This document shows, piece after piece, positions 62,103 to 64,000 of a DNA stretch of 64,000 bases. Every line of letters starts with the position of its first letter. The stretch's first letter is position 1. The translations under genes were made by a program, and so were the position numbers. The DNA comes from Mobula birostris (Eukaryota). The notes under the pieces were generated by a model. That model worked only from the letters and a program-made list of their open reading frames with translations, was not told the DNA's origin and ran no database searches. Location of the stretch: positions 139,923,731 through 139,987,730 of the forward strand of contig NC_092378.1 of the NCBI RefSeq assembly GCF_030028105.1, written 5' to 3'.

Positions 62103-62972
62103 CAAGAATGTATATGGCACCCATATAATTCATTGCAAGCATTTCATGATTGTTAGGAATTGCACATAATGTCTTTTGTCTGCCTTTAATTGATATAATG
62201 TCTGAACTGTGTCCTAACTCTGCTTACTTCAGTTAACAGTAAGCTGTTCACTGCAGATTTAAGATTTACAGCTGGTCCACATCAAAAGCCATTTGTTGAA
62301 GTGTTTCAAGCTTCCCGTAACCCACGAGTGTAAAATAAATTCCTCACCTCATTTTAAAATTCTATTGAATCCCAAGCCCCTCGACCCATGGTAGTAGTTT
62401 CTCTCATCTGCTATTTAATGTTGATGTAATCACTCTTAACTTTCTGAATCCCAGAGAGTTAATACAACTCTGGTTATCCCATCTTATTTACAGAAATCAT
62501 TAACAAATGCTGTGAAGATTGGTAGTCCGAATACTGATTGCTGTGGTAGGTGTCCAGCAGAGTTAATGCCTTTAAGGACAGTCCTCTAAATCTGATAGTG
62601 AATCAGATCCTACATGAACACCATCACTGATTAATCTTGTAGGAGTCGATGTGTGGGGCAGTGGTCCACACAATCTTTAATGACTTGGGACAAGGTGTTG
62701 GTGTAACTGTTCACAGGTTCCTGACCTGTGTGAATGTTGGAAAACCTGGACTGAGTAAAATAACTATCATCTTAAGTAGATAAAATGGGGGGGGGGGGGG
62801 AAAACTGCAGATGCAGGAAATTCTAAACAAATATCAGAAATGCTGGAAGCACCTCGCAGGTTGGACACCATCCTTGGTGAGGAGAGAAACATAAACAACA
62901 GTCTGGGCCGAGGACTGAACTATCAGAACTTAAAATAAATGAGACAATGGGCATGTTGCTGCAAGGAAAGAA

Positions 62973-63516
62973 TACACTCAGGGGCCACTTTATTAAAGTA
63001 CCCCTGTTCACCTGCTTGTTAATGCAAATATTTAATCAGCCAATCATGTGGCAGCAACTCACGCAGTCACGGTCAAGAGATTCAGTTGCTGTTCAGGCCA
63101 AATATCAGAATGGGGAAAAAATGTGATCTAAGTGACCTTGACCGTGGAATGATTGCTGGTGCAAGGTGGGGTGGTTTGAGTATCTCAGAAACTGCTGACC
63201 TCCTGATATTTTCGCGCACAGCAGTCCCTAGAGTTTTCAGAGAATGGTGAGAAAAACAACAAGAAACCCATCCAGTGAGTATCAGTTCTGTGGGTGAAAA
63301 TGCCTTGTTAATGAGAGAGGTCAGAGGAGACTCGTTCAAGCTGACAGGATGGAGAAAGTAACTCAAGTAAACCCCATGTTACAGCAGCAGTGTGCAGAAG
63401 TGCAACTATGAACGCACAACACGTTGAACTTTGAGGTGGAAAGACTACAGCAGCAGAAGACCACAAGCCACATTATTAGGTACCTCCTGAGCCTAATAAC
63501 GTTGCCACTGAGTGTA
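62973..63516 (+). mobile_element. Tc1-like non-autonomous element with both TIRs
   Basis: TA-cactcaggggccactttatta ... taataacgttgccactgagtg-TA, with an internal transposase HTH remnant. Confidence 0.85.
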
Positions 63517-63579
63517 CGTGGATGTAATGGGAGCAAAATTACTGCAGATGCCGGAAATTCTAAACTAATACCAGAAATG

Positions 63580-63845
63580 ATTTAGAGTGGGAGACGGAGT
63601 GTGGAACAGACCCTTCCAGTCCAATGAGCCACATTGCCCAACAGCTCACCTATCTAACCCCAGCCTAATCACAGGACAATTTACTGTGACCAATTTGTGT
63701 TTGGATTGTGGGAGGAATGCGGAACACCCGGTGGAAACCCACGCAGTCATGGGGACGACCCACAAACTCCTTACAGACAATGGCGGGGATTGAACCCGGG
63801 TCACTGGTGCTGTAAAGCGCTTCCCTGGCCGCTGCGTTACCTTGC
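63580..63845 (-). mobile_element. V-SINE
   Basis: Reverse B-box gggattgaacccgggtc and V-domain. Confidence 0.75.
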
Positions 63846-64000
63846 CTAACGAGCAGGATGAACAGCAAATCTGGTGAGCAACACTTTGGTCCAAGAAGTG
63901 AGCTTAAAATAAATGGGAATGTGTGCATGTTGCCGACAGGAAAGAAGACCTGTGATAGGATGCAGACCAAAGTTGTCAAGGTAACAATTAGTTTACAGCT

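Noticed and set aside
62787-62800. G14 homopolymer
   Set aside because: Simple homopolymer next to a repeat fragment, with no evidence of function and prone to sequencing error.
31309-64000. HAGH exons, expected from human synteny beyond IGFALS
   Set aside because: I could not recognise any glyoxalase II coding sequence. It may lie outside the window, or small exons may have been missed.

Overview
Vertebrate genomic DNA, not prokaryotic. The repeat content (V-SINE/HE1-like SINEs, CR1/HER1-like LINEs, Penelope-like elements, Rex1, Tc1) points to a cartilaginous fish, probably a ray or shark. Two protein-coding genes can be rebuilt by hand with canonical GT-AG junctions. NUBP2 is on the + strand: 7 coding exons, 2915-23249, 272 aa, starting in a CpG island. 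IGFALS is convergent on the - strand: a 16-nt exon 1 at 31293-31308 plus a large LRR exon at 27009-28822, 609 aa. This is the same NUBP2/IGFALS tail-to-tail order as in human. There is one intact tRNA-Cys(GCA) and one tRNA-Thr(TGT) pseudogene. Most of the rest is nested transposon debris: L1, CR1, Rex1, R4/Dong-type, Penelope-like, V-SINE, Tc1/mariner, Harbinger and hAT. The most interesting signals are (1) short, TSD-flanked, often palindromic Penelope-derived elements carrying minimal hammerhead-ribozyme motifs, and (2) a perfect tRNA-Cys whose Pol III terminator appears replaced by a same-strand CR1 3' end, which resembles a nascent SINE. All calls come from reading the sequence; no searches were run, and repeat boundaries are approximate unless a TSD or TIR is given.
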